Part shown: piece by piece, positions 25,036 to 34,786 of the stretch | How the letters are laid out: the number at the start of each line of letters is the position of its first letter | Position numbering within the stretch: position 1 is the stretch's first letter | Assembly: GCA_030704615.1 (NCBI GenBank) | Contig: CM060734.1 | Span: 15,066,001-15,130,000, forward strand | Length of the DNA stretch: 64,000 nucleotides | Origin: Takakia lepidozioides | Lineage: Eukaryota > Plantae > Bryophyta | Direction of reading: 5' to 3' | Notes under the pieces: model-generated | What the model saw: the letters and a program-made list of their open reading frames with translations, nothing else | Told to the model about the DNA's origin: nothing | Database searches by the model: none | Program-made: the position numbers and the translations under genes

Positions 25036-25091
25036 ACACAAAACGGTGGGCTCTCCCCTGTGGAGGGCGATCTGGCAAGCCTGGTCCAAAG

Positions 25092-25692
25092 AAACATGTT
25101 TTTGAGCAACTCAAAACATGTTTTGCCGTTTTGAGCTATTCCTTCAAGGACTCATAACGTATTTTTGAGCGTTTTGAGCAAGTCCCATTATTTTGAGCGA
25201 CTCGAAACGTGTTTTGAGCAATTATATATATATATACACTTAACACTTTTTTTCCAGTCCCGTGATGACTCAAAACGTGTTTTGAGTGAGTCCCACTAGG
25301 ACTCAAAACATAGTTTTGAGCGACTCAAAACGTATTTTTGAGAAAGTCCCATTGGGACTCAAAACGTGTTTAGAGCGAATCCTGCGAGGGCTCAAAACAT
25401 ATTTTTGAGCGACTCAAAATGTGTTTTTAGCAACTATATATATACACACTTAACACACTTTTTTCAGTTCCGCAAGGACTCAAAAGCGGGACTCAAAACA
25501 TATTTTTGAGCGACTCAAAACGTGTTTTGAGCTAGTCCTGCAAGGACTCAAAACGTGTTTTGAGCTAGTCCTGCAAGGACTCAAAACGTATTTTGGAGCA
25601 AGTCCCGCCGGGACTCAAAACATATTTTTGAGCAACTCAAAACGTGTTTTGAGCAAGTCCTGAGAGGACTCAAAACGTATTTTTGAGCGACT
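25092..25692. repeat. Array of short palindromic units (GACTCAAAACRTRTTTTGAGC) with interspersed (TA)n
   Basis: Well over a dozen degenerate copies visible; each unit is self-complementary (CTCAAAA/TTTTGAG). Confidence 0.9.
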
Positions 25693-25814
25693 ATATATAT
25701 ATATATATATATATATATCTAACTATTTTATTACTTACCACTTGTTTTTGTACGTCATCTTCTCCATTTTCACTGTTTTGGCTATGCAATAGTGGAATAA
25801 AATGCTCTCAATTT

Positions 25815-26050
25815 ATTTATTTATTTTAAGGGAAACACCAGGGAGCGACAGCTCACAAATGAGGCCCCTTGATAGTGAGAGGAGAAAATAACCTCTTTCA
25901 CAGTAACATTGCTGTTCGAAGCATAGAAATGGTAAACCGCCCAGGGAAGGGGTAGAAGAGTATACCACACCCATCAAGTAGCAGGATTTGACCCCAGAAT
26001 CATCCGGGTCGCACTTAGTGCACTAACCAACTGAGCTACCGACAGTTGGT
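25815..26050 (-). mobile_element. tRNA-derived SINE with TSD
   Basis: Minus strand GGTAGCTCAGTTGG (A box), GGGTCAAATCC (B box), (AAAT)n tail; TCAATTT duplicated at 25808-25814 and 26051-26057. Confidence 0.8.
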
Positions 26051-27079
26051 TCAATTTCATGTTTGAATTGAGCCATCATAAAATACTAGGGCTTCGCGTT
26101 GCTCCACACTACTAGCGACGACTTTGAGAAAAACGTCTAGAAAATACGGCACATTAATTTGTTGATGGAATATATTCAAGTTTTATTTGCGCCAGGTGTA
26201 TTGCATTTGGGATGGATTCATCCAGCAATGTTGGATTATGAAATTTGAGCTCGCAGGTGTGAAAGTGGAGGATAATGTACAAATAATCCTGGGCTCAAAT
26301 CTCGCTATTATCTGCCAATGTGCTCTGATTAAGTACGAGCGGGCCCTTACAAGGAAAACAAAAGGATGAAAACATGGGTGGATGGATGAACAAAGCACGG
26401 TGGTGGTGGATGTAGGAAGCAGGAAGGTGCGAGAGCTGCTGATCTTTGGACCCTGTAAGACTCTCCTCTCTTTTCTCTCTCTCACAGAATATAAATCGCA
26501 GAGAAATGGAGAGATATGGCCTCCAGCGCGAGTTTTGATTGGCAAAAAAAATGTGTGGCAGGCAATGCAGGATCAGCATTGGTGTCTGATATAAGGGGGG
26601 GGCTTAGAAGGGGGTGGGTTCCTCCTCACCTTGGGAGAAGAGGGAGGCTTCAAAGGAGGCCGCAATGAGGTGGAAGGAGGAGGAAAGGAAGAGGGAGGAA
26701 GACAAGAAGAGGGAAGAGGGAAATAATGGGGCACGGGAAAGGGAGGGGGAAGATGAGAGGGTGACACTGGCTTTGGAGGGCCCCTTGCGAAGTCAGTCGC
26801 CTAAACGGTCAATGAAGAAGACCCTGGACTTTGGGGCGCCGCCTGTGAGCCTGTTGGGTGCATGGGACAGGCTTCCACCCTTATTCCGAGAGGGCCTTAT
26901 GGGGGGTGCACCACAAGCGGGGACCGAGGGCAACATTGAGGTCATGGACGCAAAGATGAGCCTCTTTCCTTCACCTTTTTTTCTTTCATTTGTCTTTCAT
27001 TTTGTTTCTGGTTTGTTTCCAATTTTGTGGATTTTGTGTTCAGGAGCTTGGCGCATTCGTGGCTAAGCTTGTGGCAGGT

Positions 27080-27435
27080 AGATATTTATATTTGTATTTT
27101 GTGTGTTGGGACTTCATTTGGTCTCACATGCCAAGTGAGGTGTCAAACCTCACTTGGGACATGGGGATGGGTTCTCCCCTTGTGAGTGTTGAGGATGGCT
27201 CATCTTCTTGTAGTTGAGCCTCCATGAGCCTCTCCCACCTCCATAGCTCTAGGTATTGAGAGGGAGTGTGGTGAGGGCTTTGTAGGGTGGATTCCTTGAG
27301 CAAAGGTGCCCTTCGCTTGACTTAGTTTATGTGATTGAGTGGATTCATGAGTGAAGTGTTTCCATTGTGTGTTCACTTCCAGAATCATTAACTAGAAGTA
27401 GGTAATTCTAGTTAACAATGACTAAAACCATGACA
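27080..27435. repeat. LTR family B copy, rearranged: terminal 45 bp in minus orientation, adjacent about 305 bp inverted
   Basis: 27389-27435 matches 42209-42255 directly; 27080-27385 is the reverse complement of about 41890-42195. Confidence 0.85.
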
Positions 27436-27780
27436 GCTGTCGTGCACCTAAGCATCGTGCCACAACATACATCGCTGTCCACCATGCATTCTAAGCACAC
27501 AATCCTAGAAAGCTATGCCACAATCACCCCCCTAGCTGGTGATTAGGTCCCTCTAACACCGGATAGCTCACAAGTATCCATCTCAATAAAATCATCGTTT
27601 GGTCTTCAATCGCACATGTCCCAGTATCTAAAGTCAATAGATCAAGAGGTCGGGTGCAAAAGTAGCCCCATCGTTACTCGCCTTCCTGCAATCCATGATC
27701 TTCAATTAAGTATCTATGGCGTTGAGCTCCCATCAGCTAGACCTTGGATCACTTGTCAATTCCACCATTGTCATGCCCAC

Positions 27781-27893
27781 TACCTATGTCCAAGGCATCG
27801 TAGACACAACCATTCTCCACTAGGAACCTCCTCAAGTGGCGGTGTCAAGCATCCCATATGCCACCCCCTTAAGCATTTGTCATACACCAACAT
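27781..27893 (-). pseudogene. C-terminal half of a PHD finger at the end of element B integrase (N-half at 34787-34830)
   Basis: Joined across the TSD: CMLCGHAGGAATMLVYDKCLRGWHMGCLTPPLEEVPSGEWLCLRC*. Confidence 0.85.
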
Positions 27894-28613
27894 TGTCATG
27901 CACCTCACTTCGGTAAGCTCCCCTTCAAATCATAGTTACTCGCTTTGATGTGCGCGCCTGACTCCCAACCTGGCCGCCCGGGCCAACTTGGAGCTTCGGC
28001 TGCTCACCGGGACATAACGGTCCCCCTTCGCTTCCCGCTAAACCCTCCACCTATTTGGGACTAGGAGAATTCCCTTTGGTAGATGGCAGTCCGGAACAGC
28101 TCCCCACTCTTTGGTCGCTTTCCGGCTCGCTCGCTTACTCACTAGTTTTTGGTCACCAACGGGCTTGCACCGTTCTCGGGGTCACTACTCCCCTTATATA
28201 TACTTCTGTAGCTGTCCGCGGGGGTTTCACAACCAGCCATGCCATTTTATGGCGAACCACCACGAAAACCCTCGACTCCCGGTGATGAGTCGCGGTGAGT
28301 CTTGGCCCGCTCACCACGGCCCCTATGGACCGTGATGAGTCCCAAGACTCCCCACGACTCCCACCACGAGGTCTCCGCCCCCATGGTGAGTCCTATGCCA
28401 CCCCCACTAAGTCCCGCTAAGCTACCACCACCCCTTGTGGAGCCACCCCCACCGCAATCCGGTGTGCAGGGCTCCACCTAGTGAGCGCCTCCGCCTCCTT
28501 GGGTGCCTTGGGCACTCAAGGGTGCTTCAGCCCCCCATACCTATCGCTGCCGCTGCCCCCACCACAGGGGCAACCCCTCATGTGTCCCGACCCCCTTGCA
28601 AAGGGCCGCGACA
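27894..28613 (-). repeat. 3' LTR of element C
   Basis: Direct repeat of 34053-34781; PPT-like GGTAGGGGTGTG precedes it on the minus strand. Confidence 0.95.
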
Positions 28614-29380
28614 CACACCCCTACCAACAGGGAGTCGATGTCCTCATCGACTTGTTCATTTTGTAGAAACGAACATCCAAGTTGTGGCGTCCCACATCAA
28701 GGAGTTTGTTTCCATACCATGGTGTCCCATGGCAAAGAACCAAACCCCACACTTGACTCTACTCTCCACTAGCTAGTTCGGCCGACTTCCTCCAAGTCCC
28801 GGCCAAGGGTGGAGCCTCTCCAGCTCCTCCCAGTGCACTCTTCTTGGCCTACTTCAAGGCCAAGGAACGATCCTCCCCGAGGATCGAATCGCCTTACTGC
28901 AACAACATTGCTTGCGATCGCTCATGATGCCGCTTTTGGCATCACCTTGAGCAAGGGTTCACCTGGAACCCTCTTTGACTAGGAAGATAACCTTGAACCA
29001 ACCGTGCACCCCAATCACTACAATTGGGTCCGCCTTGGAATGCTGGCCTGAGGTACGGGAACACGCCGAAGCCGCACTATGACTTCGTCCCGAGGCTATA
29101 CGATTATAGTACGTGAACGGAAGCACGTAGCTTCCGCGTTAGCCCGCACTACAAGGCAACCCCCTCGGTAGCGCAGTGCGCCAGGTGCGCACTAGCACGT
29201 GAACTCCCAAAGAAGGCGCAAGTTTCCTTGCCCCTTGGATGGGAGTCATCCGATTTCGGCACTGCGCAAACACACGATTAATCCAATTTACCTCTCCCGC
29301 TTTTGTAAGCTAGCATGCCTTCTACACACTAGCCAACCATACCATGCATCGCCATTCCAAACAAAAATAGGAAGCACAAC

Positions 29381-31648
29381 ATGATCGTGTACATCGACGA
29401 CATCTTGGTGTATTCGAAAACAAAGGAGGAGCACCTGGAGCACCTCAAAAGGGTGTTCCAGAAATTGCGAGAAGGGAAGCTGTATGCCAAAGCTTCAAAG
29501 TGCGAATTCGGGGTCACAAAAGTGGAGTTCCTGGGGCATGTGATTACACAGGATGGGATCAAAATGGATGACAGGAAGGTGAGGGCAATTTTGGACTGGG
29601 AGCCTCCGACTTCGGTCCCGGGAGTGCGATCCTTCCTAGGACTCGCCTCCTATTACCGGAAGTATGTGAGAAATTTCGCCAAAATCGCGGGGCCGCTGTC
29701 AGACCTTCTGTGTAAATCTAAAGTCTGGGCATGGAACACCTTTTGTGGCCAAGCTTTTGCTGAATTGAAGCAGCGGATGGCGGAAGCTCCAGTCTTGAAA
29801 ATCCCGGAGTTCGATCGTCTGTTTGAGATACATACAAATGCGTCGGACTTCGCGATTGGTGGTGTGCTGATGCAAGATGCACGTCCAGTGGCTTACGAAA
29901 GTAAGAAACTGAATGAAGTGGAGCGACGGTGGCCGACGCACGAAAAAGAGATGAAGGCGGTGGTGCATTGTCTTGAGCTCTGGCGCCACTATATTGGTTC
30001 CAACCCAGTGAAGGTGTTCACGAACAATGTCACGGTGAAGTATTTTGCCACGCAGCCCAAGTTGTCCCCGAAACAACTTAGGTGGCAAGATACTTTGGCG
30101 GTGTTCGACGTGGATATCCAGTACAAACCGGGACGAGACAACGTGGTGGCCGATGCTTTAAGTAGAAAGCAGCAGCTCTTGTTGGTGTACAAGGGCGAGA
30201 CGGCGCTCCAAAGGAAGATCCGGAAGGCTTGCCGGAAGGATGAGCTGGCAAAGTCCGTGATGCAGGACTTGAGGATGGGGGTTAAATCGCAGTTCCACTT
30301 GCAAAATGGACTGCTCCGGTATAAGCAAAAACGTCTCTACGTACCAAAGGGAGGGATCAGAGATAGCCTCTTGAGAGAATGCCATGATAGCCCGCTTGCG
30401 GGCCACGGCGGAGCCAAGCGCACTGCGGCACTCTTGAAGAAAGAGTATTTCTGGCCCAAACTGAGGGAGGAGGCAGAGGAGTATGTCAAGACATGCATCA
30501 CATGCCAACAAAACCGGAGCGAGTACAAAAAGCAAGCGGGGCTATTACAACCCTTGCCGATTCCAGAGGGGACTTGGGAAAGCGTCTCGATGGATTTCAT
30601 GACTGCTATGCCGCTGTCAAAAGGATTCGATGCAATCATGGTGGTGGTGGATAGGTTCAGTAAAATGGGCCAATTCATCCCCACCAAGGAGACGGCAACG
30701 GCGCAGGAGACAGGGCGACTTTATTTCGCCCACGTCTTAAAGCATCATGGAGTCCCGAAGGATATTGTCTCGGACCGCGATCCAAAGTTTACGAGTAAAT
30801 TTTGGAGGGCACTTTGGAAGAAGATGGGGACGAGGCTGAAAATGAGCACCGCCTTCCGACCTACGACGGACGGCCAAACGGAAAGAGTGAATTCCGTAGT
30901 GAAGCAATTCTTGCGGAATTACGTGTCGGCAGACCAATCAGACTGGATGGAACACTTAGACGCGGCAGAGTTCTGTTATAATAACACAGAACACTCCGCA
31001 ACGGGAGTTTCCCCTTTCGTATTGGTCTATGGAAAAGCACCTCTGGTGCCGACAAGTTGGGCCGCCCAGGACGTTGAGGAATCGGCAGTAGCGGCGGTAC
31101 TGGAAGAACGCGAGAAGCTCGCAAAGTACAATATTGCCAAAGCTAGGAAATGGTATGAAAGGCAGGCGAATCGGAAGCGGAGGGAAGTGAAGTTTGAGGC
31201 AGGCACAGAGGTCTGGTTGAACATCAAGAATTTCCGACTACCTCCGGAAGTGAGTCCAAAGTTCGTACCTCCGTATGCGGGACCTTTTCGCATTCGGAAG
31301 GTTATGAATGAGGATGTGTATGAATTGGAGCTGCCGGCAAACAGTAAGATGCACCCAGTATTCCATGTATCCCTTTTGAAGCCTTACTTCAAAGATGAAG
31401 CGCGTCCGAATCGGCATCAAGTGTTGCGTCCACCACCTATACTGTTGGATCATGAAAATGAACCTGAGTACGAGGTGGAGGCAATACTTAAGTCGAGGAG
31501 GTTCAGGAACCGAGAAACGGAGTATCTCGTCAAATGGAAGGGCTATCATCATGTGGAGGCATCTTGGGTGCGTGCCTCAGAAATGGGAAACGCATCCGAG
31601 GCGGTTGCAGCTTTCGAAGGGCGACCTCAAAAGCGGAAGAAGCGTTGA
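29381..31648 (+). CDS. pol: Inverted 3' half of element C pol: RT (YIDD), RNase H, integrase, chromodomain
   Basis: VYIDD, ASDFAIG, HEKEM, H...GH...C..C, SDRD, DGQTER, GPF, YEVEAIL...YLVKWKGY...SW. Confidence 0.95.
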   Translation: MIVYIDDILVYSKTKEEHLEHLKRVFQKLREGKLYAKASKCEFGVTKVEFLGHVITQDGIKMDDRKVRAILDWEPPTSVPGVRSFLGLASYYRKYVRNFAKIAGPLSDLLCKSKVWAWNTFCGQAFAELKQRMAEAPVLKIPEFDRLFEIHTNASDFAIGGVLMQDARPVAYESKKLNEVERRWPTHEKEMKAVVHCLELWRHYIGSNPVKVFTNNVTVKYFATQPKLSPKQLRWQDTLAVFDVDIQYKPGRDNVVADALSRKQQLLLVYKGETALQRKIRKACRKDELAKSVMQDLRMGVKSQFHLQNGLLRYKQKRLYVPKGGIRDSLLRECHDSPLAGHGGAKRTAALLKKEYFWPKLREEAEEYVKTCITCQQNRSEYKKQAGLLQPLPIPEGTWESVSMDFMTAMPLSKGFDAIMVVVDRFSKMGQFIPTKETATAQETGRLYFAHVLKHHGVPKDIVSDRDPKFTSKFWRALWKKMGTRLKMSTAFRPTTDGQTERVNSVVKQFLRNYVSADQSDWMEHLDAAEFCYNNTEHSATGVSPFVLVYGKAPLVPTSWAAQDVEESAVAAVLEEREKLAKYNIAKARKWYERQANRKRREVKFEAGTEVWLNIKNFRLPPEVSPKFVPPYAGPFRIRKVMNEDVYELELPANSKMHPVFHVSLLKPYFKDEARPNRHQVLRPPPILLDHENEPEYEVEAILKSRRFRNRETEYLVKWKGYHHVEASWVRASEMGNASEAVAAFEGRPQKRKKR

Positions 31649-31703
31649 TGGGGACATCAACCTTGGAGCGTGGGGGAGGAAATGCATGCTTAGCCCGGCT
31701 TAG

Positions 31704-34062
31704 CTAGCTCAGGAATCCAATTGCAAAAACTTGTATTGTACACTCCTGAAAAAGGCTGTTCATCATCGTGCTAAATGTCGCTGGTGCATTGGTGAGCCCG
31801 AAAGGCATCACCAAGAACTCATATGAACCATACCTTGTCCTGCACGCGGTCTTCTCCTCATCTCCTTCCGCCACCCGAATTTGATGATAGCCGGAGCGCA
31901 AGTCGATCCGGCTGAAATACTTCGCTCCTGCCAACCGATCGAAGAGGTCGTCGATCCTTGGCAAAGGGTACCGGTTTTTTATAGTCACCTTATTCAGAGC
32001 CCTGTAATCGACACACATCCGCAGCGTCCCATCCTTCTTGTCTGCGAATAGCACCGGGGCTCCGTAAGGTGACTTAATCGGCCGGATGTACCCCTTTGAC
32101 ATTAGATCCTTGAGCTGAGTCTTCAGCTCGACCAACTCCCTGTGGCTCAACCGGTAGGGTGCCTTGGCAGGCGGTTCCGTTCCCGGTATCACCTCAATCT
32201 TGTGGTCAACTCCTCTTCGCGGTGGCAAGCCGCTTGGTAAATCCTCCGGCATCACATCCTGGTATTTCTCCAAAATCCCCTTGATCCAATCTGGGCTCGG
32301 CTCCCCATCGCCTTCTCCCTTCACTTCTCTAATGTAAAGCAAAAACTGGGGTTCGTGTGCCTCATCCACGGCCCACTCCCTTGCTGACAGAAGGTTTATT
32401 CGCCCTCCCACAGATTTGGGCGTTTCCGACACTCGTAAGACCTCGCCACCATTCCCACATGGCAGCGTGACTACTCTCTTGCGGCCATCTATGACCGCTC
32501 CGGATTTGCTCAAAAAGGTCATCCCCAAAATGAGATCTACTCCATCGATCTCGTAGATGGTGAAGTTCTCACGTCCCTCCCAACTCCCCAGTTGAAGAGG
32601 AACATCAAACGCCAACCTTGTCGCCAACTGTGGTTCTCCTTTGGCAGAACGCACCTCAATAGAGGCCCCCACGTCACTTGTCGGGAGTCCCAGCTTTTGT
32701 GCCGTTGCCGGTGTCATGAAGGAGTGCGACGCTCCTGTGTCCACCAACAATGACACATTAGTTCCGGATATTATCCCATCCACGAACAATAACTGACTCC
32801 CTTTTCGTAAGGCGCCAGTTTCCTGATACAACTCACAAGAAAATTTGCCTACCTTGCAAGTCCTGGCGACCACCGCTTCCACCAAGCGACTGATGGTATC
32901 TTCCGCCCGAGTCATGTTCAATTGCCGGGGCTTCGTGCACTTCTTGGCCATGTGCCCGGGCTCCCCGCAATTGAAACACACTCCATCAAAGATCGCCTTA
33001 TGTCTGCCATAAGCCGCTCCACCCGCTTTTCCTTTCGAAGCACCGGGTGCCGCCTTGACGTGTGAAGGCCCTCCCTTCGATTTCCACGTGCCATTGTCGC
33101 CGCGTGGCCTATCCCACTTCTTTTCTGGTCGGAAGGAGTCACCTTCCCGCTGGGTCTTCTTGTGGTTCAGCTCCGTACGGCCTTGTCTCTCACCCCTAGG
33201 GACATCCGAGAAACATTCAGCCCTCTCAATTGCCTCGTTCAAAGTCTTGGGTGGCTTCTCCTCCAACTTCCGCCTGGCCCATGGGGCCAGTCCCGCCACA
33301 AAGTTGAAGACCATTTCTGGTTCTGCCATGTCCGCGACTTCGAGCAACAGCACATTGAAAGCCTGGACATACCCTCGAATGTCATCTATTTGCTTCAAAT
33401 TCCTCATCTTGTCCCAGGCAAGCCAGGACGCGTTGAGGGGTCACAAACTGTCTCTTCATCAATTCCTTGAACCCACTCCAGTTCAAGGTTTCCGGGCTTG
33501 GGCCTCGGTCGTGAAGGCGTTTCTGCCACCATTGTTGAGCATAGCCCCTCAAATAGGTGGGAGCCATTTTCACCCGATCCTCGTCACTCAACTTGGCCGC
33601 CCGGAAGTACTGCTCTAGCTCCAAGAGCCAGGTGTTGAGTGCCTTCCGATTTCGGACGCCCTCGAAGGTGTCGGGTTCCTTAGGCTTCACCTTAAACTTT
33701 GCCTTAGTGGAAGTGGCATTAGCCGCCTTCAACACGTCTTTCAACGTTCCGCCAAACTGCGCCAACAACCCTTCCCAAAAGGCTGCCGGCATGGGAGGCA
33801 TCTGTTGGTCGGTCGGAGCTCTCACGGATTCCTCGGGCTCCGACTCCTCGGATTCCTCCCGCTCTTGAGCGGCCTCGCTTTCAGAAACCTGCGTCGCTTC
33901 CTCAAACGGCCGCTTCGGTGACACGTCGCCCCCATCGGGCTCACCGGGATCATCATCTTTTGGGCCGTTCCGCTTTCGCTTCGGCTTGCCCGACCCCATG
34001 ATGAGGCCAATCCAGGACGATCGTGTACTGAACTCTAAGCTCTGATACCAAGTGTCACGCAC
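31704..34062 (-). CDS. gag-pol: Element C gag, protease and RT N-half; frameshift near 33440; broken at the inversion
   Basis: [57 protein letters not shown]. Confidence 0.95.
34039..34050 (-). promoter_or_regulatory. Primer-binding site, tRNA-iMet
   Basis: TGGTATCAGAGC on the minus strand, 2 nt from the LTR end. Confidence 0.9.
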
Positions 34063-34781
34063 CTCACTTCGGTAAGCTCCCCTTCAAGTCATAGTTACTC
34101 GCTTTGATGTGCGCGCCTGACTCCCAACCTGGCCGCCCGGGCCAACTTGGAGCTTCGGCTGCTCACCGGGACATAACGGTCCCCCTTCGCTTCCCGCTAA
34201 ACCCTCCACCTATTTGGAACTAGGAGAATTCCCTTTGGTAGATGGCAGTCCGGAACAACTCCCCACTCTTTGGTCGCTTTCCGGCTCGCTCGCTTACTCA
34301 CTAGTTTTTGGTCACCAACGGGCTTGCACCGTTCTCGGGGTCACTACTCCCCTTATATATACTTCTGTAGCTGTCCGCGGGGGTTTCACAACCAGCCATG
34401 CCATTTTATGGCGAACCACCAAGAAAACCCTCGACTCCCGGTGATGAGTCGCGGTGAGTCTTGGCCCGCTCACCACGGCCCCTATGGACCGTGATGAGTC
34501 CCAAGACTCCCCACGACTCCCACCACGAGGTCTCCGCCCCCATGGTGAGTCCTATGCCACCCCCACTAAGTCCCGCTAAGCTACCACCACCCCTTGTGGA
34601 GCCACCCCCACCGCAACCCGGTGTGCGGGGCTCCACCTAGTGAGCGCCTCCGCCTTCTTGGGTGCCTTGGGCACTCAAGGGTGCTTCAGCCCCCCATACC
34701 TATCGCTGCCGCTGCCCCCACCACAGGGGCAACCCCTCATGTGTCCCGACCCCCTTGCCCTCAAGGCAAAGGGCCACGACA
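34053..34781 (-). repeat. 5' LTR of element C
   Basis: Direct repeat of 27894-28613 with a few SNPs and one short indel. Confidence 0.95.
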
Positions 34782-34786
34782 AACAT

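Larger units (their letters stand above)
19277..25090 (+). mobile_element. L1-type LINE, 3'-truncated, with frameshifts and an internal RT deletion; 5' boundary approximate
   Basis: ORF1 with zinc knuckle followed by ORF2 with APE and RT. Confidence 0.9.
27894..34781 (-). mobile_element. Full-length chromoviral Ty3/gypsy element C (Galadriel-like) with an internal inversion
   Basis: Near-identical TG..CA LTRs, AACAT TSD (27889-27893 and 34782-34786), PBS, PPT, gag-PR-RT-RH-INT-chromodomain. Confidence 0.95.

Noticed and set aside
25092-25692. CRISPR-like array
   Set aside because: The spacers are short and themselves repetitive, there are no cas genes, and the context is eukaryotic
25975-26050. 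Functional tRNA genes (also 18870 and 49430)
   Set aside because: Only A/B boxes are recognisable; no convincing cloverleaf; two have SINE-like bodies and tails
26183-27066. Host gene in the short ORFs, including a Glu/Lys/Arg-rich stretch
   Set aside because: No recognisable domain or consistent exon chain; probably TE debris
27955-28776. ORFs within the LTRs (also 34214-35001 and 47439-48084)
   Set aside because: GC-rich LTR sequence giving incidental frames that repeat with the LTR
33382-33450. Programmed frameshift in element C gag
   Set aside because: It falls mid-capsid with no slippery site; better explained as a 1-bp mutation
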